Part shown: in pieces, positions 33,766 to 44,194 of the stretch
Layout of the letters: each line of letters starts with the position of its first letter
How positions within the stretch are numbered: position 1 is the first letter of the stretch
Assembly: GCA_963770565.1 (NCBI GenBank)
Contig: CAVYQE010000002.1
Location: forward strand, 32,001 to 96,000
DNA: 64,000 nt
Direction of reading: 5' to 3'
Origin: an uncultured Actinomycetota bacterium
GTDB lineage: Bacteria > Actinomycetota > Actinomycetes > JAFAQI01
Made by a program: the position numbers and the translations under genes
The notes under the pieces: generated by a model
Databases searched by the model: none
What the model was told of the DNA's origin: nothing
Seen by the model: only the letters and a program-made list of their open reading frames with translations

Positions 33766-33942
33766 ATGTATTTCACCGACCGCGGGATCGAAGAGCTCGA
33801 GCAGCGGCGGGGCGAGGAGACCGTCACGGTGAGCTGGCTGGCCGGGCGGTTGCAAGCCTTCGTCGACCTCAACCCCGAGTTCGAGGTGCCGGTCGAGCGG
33901 CTGGCGACCTGGCTGGCCCGCGCCGACGACGAGGACGACTGA
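33766..33942 (+). CDS. DUF6104-like small protein
   Basis: [18 protein letters not shown]...[21 protein letters not shown], a family I recognise downstream of kgd. Confidence 0.85.
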   Translation: MYFTDRGIEELEQRRGEETVTVSWLAGRLQAFVDLNPEFEVPVERLATWLARADDEDD

Positions 33943-33959
33943 CCCGTCCCGAGCCTGTC

Positions 33960-34044
33960 CCAAGCAATGTCACATTGCCCCGCGCTTCGCGGGGGCAATG
34001 TGACAACACCCCACCAAACCCGGGGGGAATGTGACATTGCTTGG
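33960..34044. repeat. Palindromic element, family B copy 1 (three boxes, 31-bp spacing)
   Basis: Boxes AATGTCACATT at 33966, AATGTGACAAC at 33997 and AATGTGACATT at 34028; homolog at 54130-54218. Confidence 0.9.
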
Positions 34045-35013
34045 TCAGGGCAGGAGGACGATCTTGCCGAAGACATCACCGGCCACCAGCCGCTCGAAGG
34101 CGGCCCGGGCATCGGCGAGCGGCACCGTCGAGTCGATCGTCGGCCGCACCCCGCTCGCCACCATGAAGGCGAGCAGTCGTTGGAGCTCGGTGCGGGTGCC
34201 CATCGTCGACCCGAGCAGCTCGAGCTGAAGGAAGAACAGCCGCTGCAACTCCAGCGTCGGCAGCGGCCCGCTGGTCGATCCGCTGACGATCACCCGGCCA
34301 CCCGGTCGGACCGCCTTCAGCGAGTGACCGAAGGTGACCTCGCCCACGGTTTCGATGACCGCGTCGACCCGGTCGGGCAGTCGCGCGCCGGTCTCGAACG
34401 CCTGATCCGCGCCGAGGGACAGCGCCTTCGCCCGCTTCTCCTCCGAGCGCGACGTCACCCACATCCGGAGCCCGGCCGCGCGGCCGAGCGCAACCGCCGC
34501 CGTCGCGACACCGCCGCCGGCGCCCTGCACGAGCACGGTCTGCCCGGGCTGCGCCGCTGCTTTGGTGAACAGCATCCGGTACGCCGTGAGCCATGCGGTC
34601 GAGACCGACCCGGCCTCGGCCCACGACAGCTCGGCCGGCTTAGGAACGACATTGCGGGCCGGCACGAGCACCCGCTCGGCCAGCGTGCCCGGATAGACCT
34701 CCGAGAGCAGCGAGCGCTTCGGGTCGAGCGTCTCGTCCCCCCGCCCGCGGTCGCCATCGCCGATCACGGCGTGGACGACGACCTCGGTACCGTCTTCGGT
34801 CACGCCGGCGGCGTCGCACCCGAGAACCATCGGCAGCTTGTCCTCCGCCAGCCCGATCCCGCGCAACGAGAAGATGTCGTGGTGGTTCAGTGCCGCGGCG
34901 CGAACCTCGACGCTGATCCACCCAGCGCGAGGTGCCGGGTCATCGACCTCGCCGACGTCAAGCGCTGAGATCGGGTCGTCGGCGGAGAGCCGGGCAGCAT
35001 AGGCGGCAAGCAC
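34045..35013 (-). CDS. MDR/zinc-binding dehydrogenase (quinone reductase-like)
   Basis: ALNHHD, LVQGAGGGVA and GSTMGT motifs. Confidence 0.92.
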   Translation of the reverse strand: MLAAYAARLSADDPISALDVGEVDDPAPRAGWISVEVRAAALNHHDIFSLRGIGLAEDKLPMVLGCDAAGVTEDGTEVVVHAVIGDGDRGRGDETLDPKRSLLSEVYPGTLAERVLVPARNVVPKPAELSWAEAGSVSTAWLTAYRMLFTKAAAQPGQTVLVQGAGGGVATAAVALGRAAGLRMWVTSRSEEKRAKALSLGADQAFETGARLPDRVDAVIETVGEVTFGHSLKAVRPGGRVIVSGSTSGPLPTLELQRLFFLQLELLGSTMGTRTELQRLLAFMVASGVRPTIDSTVPLADARAAFERLVAGDVFGKIVLLP

Positions 35014-35084
35014 ATCGCGACCCTACCGAGGCGAGGTACCGCGGTTGATCGTCACCCACGCGAGCGGTGGCGGAGACTGGTCGG

Positions 35085-35456
35085 ATGACCGACGTTGCAA
35101 CCGCCTTCTGTACCGGGATCGAGTCCGGCGACATGGACTCCGTCGTCGCACTGCTCCGCGATGATGTCGTGTTCCACAGCCCGATCGTCTACGCCGACTA
35201 CCACGGCCGGGACGCCGTCGCCCCGATCCTGCACGCGGTGGCAACGGTCTTCGCGGACTTCCGTTACACCGCCGAGTTCAGCGCCGCCGACGGGCACGCG
35301 CTGGTGTTCGAGGCCCGGGTGGGCGAGCGGAGCCTGCAGGGCATCGACATCCTTCGGATCGAGGACGGCGCAATCGCGGAGTTCACCGTGATGGTCCGGC
35401 CCTACTCGGCCGCGACCGCGTTGCGCGAGCGGATGGCGGCGCTACTGGCCGGCTGA
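35085..35456 (+). CDS. NTF2/SnoaL-like protein
   Basis: DDVVFHSP, GIDIL and FTVMVRP motifs. Confidence 0.85.
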   Translation: MTDVATAFCTGIESGDMDSVVALLRDDVVFHSPIVYADYHGRDAVAPILHAVATVFADFRYTAEFSAADGHALVFEARVGERSLQGIDILRIEDGAIAEFTVMVRPYSAATALRERMAALLAG

Positions 35457-35465
35457 ACGCGCCGG

Positions 35466-36650
35466 TCAGCGGCGGGCGACGCCGTCTTCCCGCGCGGCTT
35501 GCGCGACCGCGGCCGCCACCGCCGGACCGACCCGTGGGTCGAAGACGCTCGGGATCACGTACTCCTCCGAAACGTCCTCACCCACCACGTCGCACAGTGC
35601 CCTCGCAGCGGCAAGCTGCATGTGGTCGGTGATCGCTGTCGCCCTGACGTCGAGCGCACCGCGAAACACCCCGGGGAAGGCGAGCACGTTGTTGATCTGG
35701 TTGGGGAAGTCGCTCCGGCCGGTCGCAACGACCCGGGCATGGCGGCGGGCCACATCCGGGTGGATCTCGGGATCGGGGTTGGCCATCGCGAAGATGATCG
35801 AGTCCGGCGCCATCTTGGCCACGTCGGCCTCGTCGACATGCCCGGCGGACAGCCCGATGTAGACGTCGGCGCCGACCATCGCATCGGTGATGGAGCCGGT
35901 GTAGCCGGCCTTGTTGGTGATCGCTGCGATCGCGGCCTTCGCCGGCGTCAGGTCGGCGCGACCGGGATGCACGATCCCCTTGCTGTCACCGACCGCGATG
36001 TCGCCGATCCCGGCACCGATCAGGATCTTGGTGACCGCGATGCCGGCCGCACCTGCGCCGGAGACGACCGCCCGCAGATCGCCCAGCGAGCGCCCGGTCA
36101 GCCGGGCCGCGTTGAGCATCGCGGCCAGCGCGACGATCGCCGTACCGTGCTGGTCGTCGTGGAAGACCGGGATGTCGAGGGCCGCCTTGAGCCGGTCCTC
36201 GACCTCGAAGCACCGCGGCGCACTGATGTCCTCGAGGTTGATCCCGCCGAAGCTCGGCGCCAGCCGGATGACCGTCTCCACCAGCTCATCGACCTCGTGG
36301 CAGGCAAGCGCGATCGGTACGGCGTCGACCCCGCCGAACTGCTTGAACAGCAGCGCCTTGCCCTCCATCACCGGAAGCGACGCCTCAGGCCCGATGTCCC
36401 CCAGTCCGAGCACCGCGGTGCCGTCGGTCACGATCGCGACCACCGAGGACTTCCAGGTGTAGTCGTCGACCAGCGCCGGTTCCGCGGCGATCGCTAGGCA
36501 GACGTCGGCAACCCCCGGGGTATAGGCGAGCGAGAGGTCCTCGCGGTCGCGCACGGCGATCTTCGAGGCGATCTCGATCTTGCCGCCCCGATGCAGTGCA
36601 AAGACCGGGGAATCATCGCGCGAGGTCATGGGCACAGTCTCCAGGGTCAT
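35466..36650 (-). CDS. NAD(P)-dependent malic enzyme
   Basis: LSLAYTPGVA, PVMEGKA, FHDDQHGT, GAGAAG and NQINNVLAFPG motifs. Confidence 0.95.
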   Translation of the reverse strand: MTLETVPMTSRDDSPVFALHRGGKIEIASKIAVRDREDLSLAYTPGVADVCLAIAAEPALVDDYTWKSSVVAIVTDGTAVLGLGDIGPEASLPVMEGKALLFKQFGGVDAVPIALACHEVDELVETVIRLAPSFGGINLEDISAPRCFEVEDRLKAALDIPVFHDDQHGTAIVALAAMLNAARLTGRSLGDLRAVVSGAGAAGIAVTKILIGAGIGDIAVGDSKGIVHPGRADLTPAKAAIAAITNKAGYTGSITDAMVGADVYIGLSAGHVDEADVAKMAPDSIIFAMANPDPEIHPDVARRHARVVATGRSDFPNQINNVLAFPGVFRGALDVRATAITDHMQLAAARALCDVVGEDVSEEYVIPSVFDPRVGPAVAAAVAQAAREDGVARR

Positions 36651-36884
36651 TCAAGGTCCTCACGATGCCATGAGTCGACAAGTCCGCAGCCGATGTCCGC
36701 ACGAGGGCAAGATGCGAAGAAGGTGCCGATCAGGCGCCCGCGGCAGGTGCCGCACATCGGCTTGCTAAGCGGGGATCACCCGATACGTTGCAATCTTGTC
36801 ATACGCCAGATCACCCGCGGTGCCTCGCTCAGGGTGCACAATGCCCACCAGCGCACACACAGTGCCCATCCACTAGGAGTTCAG

Positions 36885-37829
36885 ATGCCCTCGGTCCTGC
36901 CCCGCCCGCTCGTCGCCGCCGGCGCGCTTGCCCTCACGATCGGAGTAGCCGCCGGCTGTAGCAGCAACTCCTCCGGCGGCGGCACCCAGACGATCAGCCC
37001 GGGTGCAAGCACAACAGCCAGCTCGCCCGCGGCCGGTCCGGCCGGCTCGGACCCGGCGGCGGTTGCCCTGGTGCCCGCGTCGATCAAGTCGAAGGGATCG
37101 CTGACGGTTGCCGCCGACGCCTCCTACGCGCCCAACGAGTTCCTGGCCTCCAACGGCACCACCGTCGTCGGGATGGACGCCGATCTCGCCAAGGCGATCG
37201 GCAAGAAGCTCGGACTCTCGGTCAACGTGAAGAACATCACCTTCGACTCGATCATCCCCGGCCTCGTCGACGGCCGGTTCGACCTCGGCATGTCGTCGTT
37301 CACCGACACCAAGGCTCGGCAGAAGCAGGTCAACTTCGTCACGTACTTCAGTGCCGGTACGTCGTTCTACACCAAGGCAACCGGCGGCCCGGCCATCACC
37401 GGACTGTCGTCGTTGTGCGGCCTGTCGGTCGCGGTCGAGAGCGGCACCACGCAAGAGGCCGACGACAAGGCGCAGAGCACGAAGTGCACCAACGCCGGCA
37501 AGAAGGCCGTGAACGTCTTGTCGTTCAGCACCCAGAGTGCCGCAAACGTCGCGCTCAACGCGGGCCGGGCCCAGGTCGGCATGGCCGACTCACCGGTCGC
37601 GGCCTACCAGGTCAAGACGTCGAACGGTGCCTTCAAGCTGGCCGGCACGCCTTACGGCACCGCGCCGTACGGCATTGCGATCCCGAAGGCCGCCGGCACG
37701 ATGGACCAGGCCGTCCTCGCCGCCGTGAAGGACCTCATTTCGGACGGTACATACGCCACGATCATGACCCACTGGGGGATTCAGGCCGGAGACATCACCA
37801 ATCCGGTCATCAACGGAGCGATCAGCTAG
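36885..37829 (+). CDS. Polar amino-acid ABC transporter substrate-binding lipoprotein
   Basis: AGGAG RBS, lipobox AAGC, DASYAPNEF and SSFTDTKARQ motifs. Confidence 0.92.
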   Translation: MPSVLPRPLVAAGALALTIGVAAGCSSNSSGGGTQTISPGASTTASSPAAGPAGSDPAAVALVPASIKSKGSLTVAADASYAPNEFLASNGTTVVGMDADLAKAIGKKLGLSVNVKNITFDSIIPGLVDGRFDLGMSSFTDTKARQKQVNFVTYFSAGTSFYTKATGGPAITGLSSLCGLSVAVESGTTQEADDKAQSTKCTNAGKKAVNVLSFSTQSAANVALNAGRAQVGMADSPVAAYQVKTSNGAFKLAGTPYGTAPYGIAIPKAAGTMDQAVLAAVKDLISDGTYATIMTHWGIQAGDITNPVINGAIS

Positions 37830-37838
37830 GCCCGGTCA

Positions 37839-38801
37839 GTGAGCATCTCTTCGGAGCCGACCGGTACGGCGGAGATCACCGCCGTACCGGTGCGGCATCC
37901 TGGCCGGTGGGTCGGCGCCGTCGTGATCCTGGTGCTGCTCGCCATGCTGATCGACTCGTTCTTCACCAACCCGCAGTACAAGTGGGGTCAGCAGTGGAAG
38001 TACATCTTCACTTCGTCGATCCTGCATGGCATCGGGGTCACCCTCGAACTCACCGTGTCGGCGATGGCGATCGGCATCGCCGGTGGCATCCTGCTCGCGG
38101 TTATGCGGCTGTCGCCGAACCCGCTGATCTCAACCGTCAGCTGGTTCTACATCTGGCTGTTTCGCGGCACGCCGGTGCTCGTGCAGATCGTGATGTGGTT
38201 CAACCTCGCCTATCTGTTCCCGCGCCTCTCGCTCGGCGTTCCCTTCGGGCCCACGTTCGCCACCGCTGACACCAACAAGCTGATCTCTGCCCTGACCGCT
38301 GGGATCCTCGCGCTAGGTCTCAACGAGGCTGCGTACATGGCCGAGATCGTCCGGGCCGGCATCTTGTCGGTCGACGAGGGGCAGTCCGAGGCTGCGGGCG
38401 CCCTGGGCATGTCGCGCACCCTCGTGATGCGCCGCATCGTGCTGCCGCAGGCAATGCGGGTGATCGTGCCGCCGACCGGCAACGAGACGATCTCGATGCT
38501 CAAGACCACGTCGCTGGTGGCATTCATCGCCGTCCCCGAGCTCTTCCAGCAGGGTCAGAACATCATCAACCGGACCTTCATCACGTTGCCGTTGCTCATC
38601 ATGGTGAGCATCTGGTATCTCGCTATGACCTCGGTGCTCACGATCGGACAGTTCTACATCGAGCGCCACTTCGGTCGCGGATCCTCGCGCAGTGGCCCCA
38701 GCGCGACCCTGCCGAGGCGGATATGGGACGCGATCCGATTCACCCGCCCCGCGACCGGGTTCGACGTTCCGGTGATCCTGCCCGGCAGGCGGGGCCAGTG
38801 A
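37839..38801 (+). CDS. Amino-acid ABC transporter permease
   Basis: [20 protein letters not shown] and EAA loop. Confidence 0.93.
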   Translation: MSISSEPTGTAEITAVPVRHPGRWVGAVVILVLLAMLIDSFFTNPQYKWGQQWKYIFTSSILHGIGVTLELTVSAMAIGIAGGILLAVMRLSPNPLISTVSWFYIWLFRGTPVLVQIVMWFNLAYLFPRLSLGVPFGPTFATADTNKLISALTAGILALGLNEAAYMAEIVRAGILSVDEGQSEAAGALGMSRTLVMRRIVLPQAMRVIVPPTGNETISMLKTTSLVAFIAVPELFQQGQNIINRTFITLPLLIMVSIWYLAMTSVLTIGQFYIERHFGRGSSRSGPSATLPRRIWDAIRFTRPATGFDVPVILPGRRGQ

Positions 38802-39574
38802 CATCCGACGGCACGACCGCGATGGTGCGAGCGGAAGGGCTGCACAAGCGCTTCGGCCTCCAGCACGTCCTGAAGGGCATCGACCTCGAGGTGCAACGCG
38901 GCGAGGTGATGTGCGTCATCGGCCCGTCGGGGTCGGGCAAGTCGACGCTGTTGCGGTGCATCAACCACCTCGAGAAGATCAACGCCGGACGGTTGGAGGT
39001 CGACGGCGAGCTGGTCGGCTATCAGCAGCGCGGCGACAAGCTGTACGAGCTCAAAGAGCGCGAGGTTGCCCGGAAGCGGGCCGAGATCGGCATGGTGTTC
39101 CAGCACTTCAACCTCTTCCCCCATATGACCGCGCTCGGGAACATCGTCGAGGCACCGATCCGGGTCAAAGGCGTGTCGAAGGACGACGCCACCGAGAATG
39201 CCCGGCGGCTGCTGGCTCAGGTCGGGCTGGCCGGGCGGGAGGATGCGTATCCGCGGCAGCTCTCCGGCGGGCAGCAGCAGCGGGTCGCGATCGCCCGCGC
39301 GCTGGCGATGGATCCGAAGCTGATGCTGTTCGACGAGCCGACCAGCGCGCTCGACCCGGAGCTGGTCGGCGACGTGCTCGACGTCATGCGGGACTTGGCC
39401 CACACCGGGATGACGATGTTCGTCGTCACCCACGAGATGGGGTTCGCCCGCGAGGTCGGCGACAAGCTGGTCTTCATGGACGACGGCGTCGTGGTCGAGG
39501 CCGGTGCTCCGCGAGACGTCATCACCAACCCGCAGCACGAGCGGACCAAGAGCTTCCTGTCGAAGGTGCTCTAG
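38798..39574 (+). CDS. Amino-acid ABC transporter ATP-binding protein (GlnQ-like)
   Basis: [17 protein letters not shown] and [11 protein letters not shown] motifs. Confidence 0.95.
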   Translation: MTSDGTTAMVRAEGLHKRFGLQHVLKGIDLEVQRGEVMCVIGPSGSGKSTLLRCINHLEKINAGRLEVDGELVGYQQRGDKLYELKEREVARKRAEIGMVFQHFNLFPHMTALGNIVEAPIRVKGVSKDDATENARRLLAQVGLAGREDAYPRQLSGGQQQRVAIARALAMDPKLMLFDEPTSALDPELVGDVLDVMRDLAHTGMTMFVVTHEMGFAREVGDKLVFMDDGVVVEAGAPRDVITNPQHERTKSFLSKVL

Positions 39575-39590
39575 CGGCGCGTAGCACTCG

Positions 39591-39917
39591 CTAGCGCCTC
39601 CTCGGCACCCGCCCCGGCCTCGGCCCGACCCGCGCGAGCACCACGCCGCGAACCGCCGTCGCCGGCAGGCTGCCCAACGTCCGGCTGTCCGTGCTCCCGA
39701 ACTCGTTGTCGCCCTCGACCGTGATCCGGCCGTCCCGCTCGACCGACATCAGCCGCTTCACCGACAGCGGCCGGTCGGGCAGCTCGACCACCACCACCCG
39801 CCCGACCGACGGCGTACGACGAGGCCACCGCATCCAGACCACGAGCCGATCACCGTCGCGCAGGGCCGGGACCATCGACGGCCCGCGGACGAGCACGAGT
39901 CGCAAGGGCCAGCCCAT
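39591..39917 (-). CDS. sodX: Nickel-SOD maturation protease (S26 family)
   Basis: GPSMVPAL, VKRL and EGDN...STDSR motifs; divergent from sodN. Confidence 0.88.
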   Translation of the reverse strand: MGWPLRLVLVRGPSMVPALRDGDRLVVWMRWPRRTPSVGRVVVVELPDRPLSVKRLMSVERDGRITVEGDNEFGSTDSRTLGSLPATAVRGVVLARVGPRPGRVPRRR

Positions 39918-39996
39918 GACGGCTCCCGATGTGTAGACGATCATCGACGCGGAATAGTGTCCTCAGAAGAGTTGAGTCAATTCTCGGGAGGACCTC

Positions 39997-40398
39997 ATGC
40001 CGCGTCGGACGCGTTCACCGCGCCTCGTCGTCTCTGCTCACTGCGACCTGCCCTGCGGTGTCTACGACCCTGCGCAGGCCCGGATCGAGGCGGAGTCGGT
40101 CAAGGCGATCATGGAGAAGTACCAGGGCAATGAGGACCCGGAGTTCCGGACCCGTGCCCTGCTGATCAAGGAGCAGCGCGCGGAGCTGGTGAAGCACCAC
40201 CTCTGGGTGCTCTGGACGGACTACTTCAAGCCCCCGCACTTCGAGAAGTACCCGCAGCTGCACCAGCTGTTCAACGACGCCACCAAGCAGGCGGGCGCGG
40301 CCGGCGCAAAGGGCAAGGTCGACCCGGCCGACGGCCAGAAGCTGCTCGACCAGATCGCCGAGATCGAGAAGATCTTCTGGGAGACCAAGCAGGCCTAG
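39997..40398 (+). CDS. sodN: Nickel superoxide dismutase
   Basis: 14-aa leader followed by the Ni-hook HCDLPCGVYDP; LWTDYFK. Confidence 0.97.
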   Translation: MPRRTRSPRLVVSAHCDLPCGVYDPAQARIEAESVKAIMEKYQGNEDPEFRTRALLIKEQRAELVKHHLWVLWTDYFKPPHFEKYPQLHQLFNDATKQAGAAGAKGKVDPADGQKLLDQIAEIEKIFWETKQA

Positions 40399-40841
40399 TG
40401 ATCCGGCCGGCGGTGGCGGGCGATGTGCCGGTCATCCACGCGCTGATCCACGAGCTCGCCGACTATGAACGTTCGGCGGAGCACGTGGTCGGCAGCGAAG
40501 CGGACCTGCTCGACGGCCTGTTCGGTGAGTCCCCGGCGGCCAGCTGCCACGTCGCAGAGCTCGACGGCGAGGTAGTGGGTTTTGCGCTGTGGTTTCGCAA
40601 CTTCTCGACCTGGCTGGCCAAGCCCGGCATCTATCTCGAGGACCTCTACGTCCGGCCGGCGGCGCGCGGCCACGGGCTCGGACGGGCGCTGCTGATGGAG
40701 CTGGTCGCGATCGCCCGGCACCACGGGTACGGCCGGGTCGAGTGGGCGGTGCTGGACTGGAACACCCCGGCGATCGGCTTCTACCAATCGCTCGGGGCCA
40801 CGCCCAACGACGAGTGGACGACCTGGCGGCTGACGATGTGA
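40398..40841 (+). CDS. GNAT N-acetyltransferase (SSAT-like)
   Basis: FSTW, YLEDLYV, RGHGLG and VLDWN motifs. Confidence 0.9.
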   Translation: MIRPAVAGDVPVIHALIHELADYERSAEHVVGSEADLLDGLFGESPAASCHVAELDGEVVGFALWFRNFSTWLAKPGIYLEDLYVRPAARGHGLGRALLMELVAIARHHGYGRVEWAVLDWNTPAIGFYQSLGATPNDEWTTWRLTM

Positions 40842-40963
40842 GCAACGCCACGGCGACATTCGTGAGTCGCGGGCGCTAAACGCCACCTGATCTGCGGGGA
40901 GATGAAAGAATTGGTCATTGAATGGCCCGAATCACCCCATCCGATACCATCCTGGGAGCAGGC

Positions 40964-41386
40964 ATGACGAATGCCTCTGGCGTCGCCGGCGTACCGGAAA
41001 CCGGGCCCAGCGACATCGTGGTCATCACCCTCCCGGCTGACAGCGCCTACCTGTCGGTGCTTCGCACCGCCACCGCCGGTCTCGCCGCCCGCCTGGACTT
41101 CACGATCGACGAGATCGAGGACCTCCGGATCGCGGTCGACGAGGCCTGCGCGATGCTGCTGCCACAGGCGGTGTCGGGAGCGGACATCACCTGCGAGTTC
41201 GAGCTCGAGGACGGCTCGATCCGGGTGAGCGTCAGCGTGCTGACCGACGACGGCGAGCAGCCCTCGCGCGACACCTTCGCCTGGACCGTCCTGTCCGCCC
41301 TCGCGGGCGACGTCGACAGCGCCGTCGACACCGACCGGCGGGTCACCATCTCGCTGCGCAAGCGCGGGAGCGGATCGACCCGGTGA
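40964..41386 (+). CDS. rsbW: Anti-sigma factor, RsbW/UsfX-like
   Basis: LRTATAGLAARLDFTIDEIEDLRIAVDEAC; coupled to sigF. Confidence 0.85.
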   Translation: MTNASGVAGVPETGPSDIVVITLPADSAYLSVLRTATAGLAARLDFTIDEIEDLRIAVDEACAMLLPQAVSGADITCEFELEDGSIRVSVSVLTDDGEQPSRDTFAWTVLSALAGDVDSAVDTDRRVTISLRKRGSGSTR

Positions 41387-42213
41387 ACGACGACGCAACC
41401 GCGTCGTCACCGACGAACGGCGAGGTCCTGGCCGATCCTGGGCCCGACCGGCGAGTCGCGGACCGCGCGCATACCAGAGCGTTGTTCGTCGAGCTCGCCG
41501 TGCTGACCGAGGACGACCCCGAGCGCCGCCCGATCCGCGACGAGCTGGTCGAGCTGCACCTCCCGCTGGTCGAATACCTCGCCCGGCGGTTCCGCAACCG
41601 CGGCGAGCCGCTCGACGACCTCGTCCAGGTCGCCACGATCGGGCTGATCAAGTCGGTCGACCGGTTCGACCTCGGGCGCGGTGTGGAGTTCTCGACGTAT
41701 GCGACTCCGACCATCGTGGGGGAGATCAAGCGGCACTTCCGCGACAAGGGCTGGGCGATCCGGGTGCCGCGGCGGCTGCAAGAGCTCAAGCTCTCGCTCA
41801 ACAAGGCCACTGCCGAACTGTCCCAGCGCAACGGCCGGGCACCGACCGTGGCCGAGCTTGCTGTTCATCTCGAGCTCACCGAGGAAGACGTGCTGGAAGG
41901 CCTGGAATCGGCAAACGCCTACTCGGCGATCTCCCTCGACGCGCCGGACGTCGCCGACGAAGGGAGCACGGCGGTCTCCGACTCGCTCGGTGCCCTGGAC
42001 GAGGCGCTCGAAGGCGTGGTCTACCGCGAGTCGCTCAAGCCGCTGCTGGAGGCACTGCCCCCGCGCGAGAAGAACATCCTGATGCTGCGCTTCTTCGCCA
42101 ACATGACCCAGTCCCAGATCGCGTCCGACCTCGGGATCTCCCAGATGCACGTATCGCGACTGCTGGCCAAGACGCTCGCCCAGCTCCGCGAGGACCTGCT
42201 CGTCGACGAGTAG
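41383..42213 (+). CDS. sigF: SigB/SigF/SigG family sigma factor
   Basis: DDLVQVATIGLIKSVDRFD, GEIKRHFRD and GISQMHVSRLL motifs. Confidence 0.9.
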   Translation: MNDDATASSPTNGEVLADPGPDRRVADRAHTRALFVELAVLTEDDPERRPIRDELVELHLPLVEYLARRFRNRGEPLDDLVQVATIGLIKSVDRFDLGRGVEFSTYATPTIVGEIKRHFRDKGWAIRVPRRLQELKLSLNKATAELSQRNGRAPTVAELAVHLELTEEDVLEGLESANAYSAISLDAPDVADEGSTAVSDSLGALDEALEGVVYRESLKPLLEALPPREKNILMLRFFANMTQSQIASDLGISQMHVSRLLAKTLAQLREDLLVDE

Positions 42214-42220
42214 CCGGCGC

Positions 42221-42592
42221 TCAGATACCGCCGAGCGCGGCCCGGCTTGACGGCATCGACGCGGCCACGAAGGTCGCGGCACCCACCGCGATCAACGGCA
42301 CCATCAAGGCGGTCAGGGTGTGGATCTGCCCGATCCCGATGACGACCGCGAAGAACGACACCAGGTACGTCGGCGTCTGCGCCCAGCGCCTGACCCGCCA
42401 GAGGCCACGCGCGGCCACCATCACCCCGGCGCCGTAGATCAACACGACGACGCCGAGCAGCACCGCCGTACCGCGGTCGTTCGGGTGGCCGAACACGGCC
42501 CGGACCAGCTCGCCTAGCCCCCACGCCGCCAGCGCGACCGCCTGCAGCGCCACCAGACCGGCGGCCACCTGCAGAGCTCGCGGACGTTCCAT
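42221..42592 (-). CDS. Small membrane protein (Rv3217c-like position)
   Basis: Four hydrophobic segments; synteny with DAG kinase and whiB1. Confidence 0.7.
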   Translation of the reverse strand: MERPRALQVAAGLVALQAVALAAWGLGELVRAVFGHPNDRGTAVLLGVVVLIYGAGVMVAARGLWRVRRWAQTPTYLVSFFAVVIGIGQIHTLTALMVPLIAVGAATFVAASMPSSRAALGGI

Positions 42593-42654
42593 CAGGTCGC
42601 GAGACTACGACGCAGCGCCGCTCGGCCCGATCGGCAGCCGGATATTCTGCCCGG

Positions 42655-43584
42655 ATGCACGCGATGCTCGTCGTCAACCCGAAGGCGACGGCAACGACGG
42701 AGCGCGAGCGCGACATCCTGACCCGAGCCCTTGGCAGCGACCTCAAGCTCGACGTGATCCAGACCACCCACCGGGGCCATGCGATCGAGCTCGGCCGGCA
42801 GGCGGCCGAGTCGGGCCTCGACCTGGTGGTGGTCCTCGGCGGGGACGGCACCATCAACGAGATCATCAACGGGCTGCTCGGCAGCGGGCCGTGGGACGGA
42901 TCGGCCGCCGACGCGCCGGCGCTCGCCGTGGTGCCGGGCGGCAGCACCAACGTCTTCAGCCGTGCGCTGAGCATCGCCCGCGACCCCGTGGTCGCGACCA
43001 GTGAGCTGCTCGAGGCGCTACGCGCCGGGCGCAGCCGCCGGATCGGCCTCGGCCGGGTCGACGAGCGCTGGTTCACCTTCACCGCGGGCCTCGGGATCGA
43101 CGCCGACGCCGTACGACGGGTCGAGCGCGCCCGGATCAAGGGGAAGGCGCCCACCCCGAATCGCTACATCCGGGCCACCGTGCGCAGCTTCCTCGCGATG
43201 GACCGCCGGCATCCGCCGCTCACCCTCGAGCGACCCGGCCAGGAACCGGTACCAGGGCTGTACCTCGGCATCGTCGCCAACACCGCACCGTGGACCTATT
43301 TCCGGTCGAAGCCGATCGTGCTGACGCCGGACGTGTCGTTCGACACTGGGCTCGACCTGGTCGCGATGCGCCGGATGGGCCTGCTCGCCACGATGCGGGC
43401 AGTGACCGGGATGCTGACGTCGACCGGGATCTCCGGCCGCGCCGCCGCGGTGTTCACGGACCTGCACGAGTTCCGCCTGTCCGGCGACACTCCCCTGCCG
43501 CTGCAGGTCGACGGCGACTACCTCGGTGACTGCACGAGTGCGACCTTCCGGGCCGTGCCGGCGGCGCTGCGGGTCATCGCCTGA
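42655..43584 (+). CDS. Diacylglycerol/lipid kinase family protein
   Basis: VNPKAT, GGDGTINE, PGGSTNVF and LQVDGD motifs. Confidence 0.92.
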   Translation: MHAMLVVNPKATATTERERDILTRALGSDLKLDVIQTTHRGHAIELGRQAAESGLDLVVVLGGDGTINEIINGLLGSGPWDGSAADAPALAVVPGGSTNVFSRALSIARDPVVATSELLEALRAGRSRRIGLGRVDERWFTFTAGLGIDADAVRRVERARIKGKAPTPNRYIRATVRSFLAMDRRHPPLTLERPGQEPVPGLYLGIVANTAPWTYFRSKPIVLTPDVSFDTGLDLVAMRRMGLLATMRAVTGMLTSTGISGRAAAVFTDLHEFRLSGDTPLPLQVDGDYLGDCTSATFRAVPAALRVIA

Positions 43585-43623
43585 GCTCCCGACGTCCGCT
43601 GATCGGCGGCTGCCCACCGAAAG

Positions 43624-43639
43624 TGTGACCAGTGCCACA
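43624..43639. promoter_or_regulatory. CRP-like site TGTGA-N6-CCACA upstream of whiB1
   Basis: 9/10 match to TGTGA-N6-TCACA. Confidence 0.55.
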
Positions 43640-43801
43640 GGTCCCGAGAGCGACATTTCGCATTCTTTCCCTTGATCGCGACGGGCCGACGATCTAGCGT
43701 CGGAGCGGCAGTCAGCAAGCCTCTGGACAGCCTTGCGGCAACGCAATAGCGTCGCAAGAATCCGGTCGTCATCTCGACGGTTGGAGTGGTCCGGACCACT
43801 T

Positions 43802-43817
43802 CGTGAAACTGTTCACA
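43802..43817. promoter_or_regulatory. CRP-like site CGTGA-N6-TCACA upstream of whiB1
   Basis: 9/10 match; whiB1 is CRP-regulated in M. tuberculosis. Confidence 0.6.
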
Positions 43818-43894
43818 AGGGTTGAGCAGCCCAGCACGGGGTAGCCACACGACGGGCATCACCTGCGGGCGAGCCCTGAAGGAAGGACGAGCGC

Positions 43895-44146
43895 ATGGAC
43901 TGGCGACACCGGGCCGCCTGCCGTGACGAAGATCCGGAGTTGTTCTTCCCCATCGGCACCACCGGACCCGCACTACGGCAGGTCGACGAGGCCAAAGCCG
44001 TGTGCCGGCGCTGTGACGCGATCGACGAGTGCCTGCTCTGGGCGCTCGACAGCGACCAGGATGCGGGTGTCTGGGGTGGCCTGGACGAGGACGAACGCCG
44101 GGCCCTGAAGCGCCGCCGGGTCCGCACCGCACTGCGTACCGCGTAG
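43895..44146 (+). CDS. whiB1: WhiB family Fe-S regulator WhiB1/WblE
   Basis: MDWRHRAACRDEDPELFFP, four Cys, GVWGG. Confidence 0.95.
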   Translation: MDWRHRAACRDEDPELFFPIGTTGPALRQVDEAKAVCRRCDAIDECLLWALDSDQDAGVWGGLDEDERRALKRRRVRTALRTA

Positions 44147-44194
44147 CCCACGCCGGGTTGATCGCAGCGCTCGACCGCCCGCATCGCACCCTCG

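Noticed and set aside
33960-34044. Family B boxes as parS or CRP sites
   Set aside because: They do not match GTTTCACGTGAAAC, and the TGTGA/TCACA half-sites are not in N6 geometry.
39951-39975. SigR-type promoter for sodN (GGAAT...GTTGA)
   Set aside because: The spacer is 15 nt rather than about 18.
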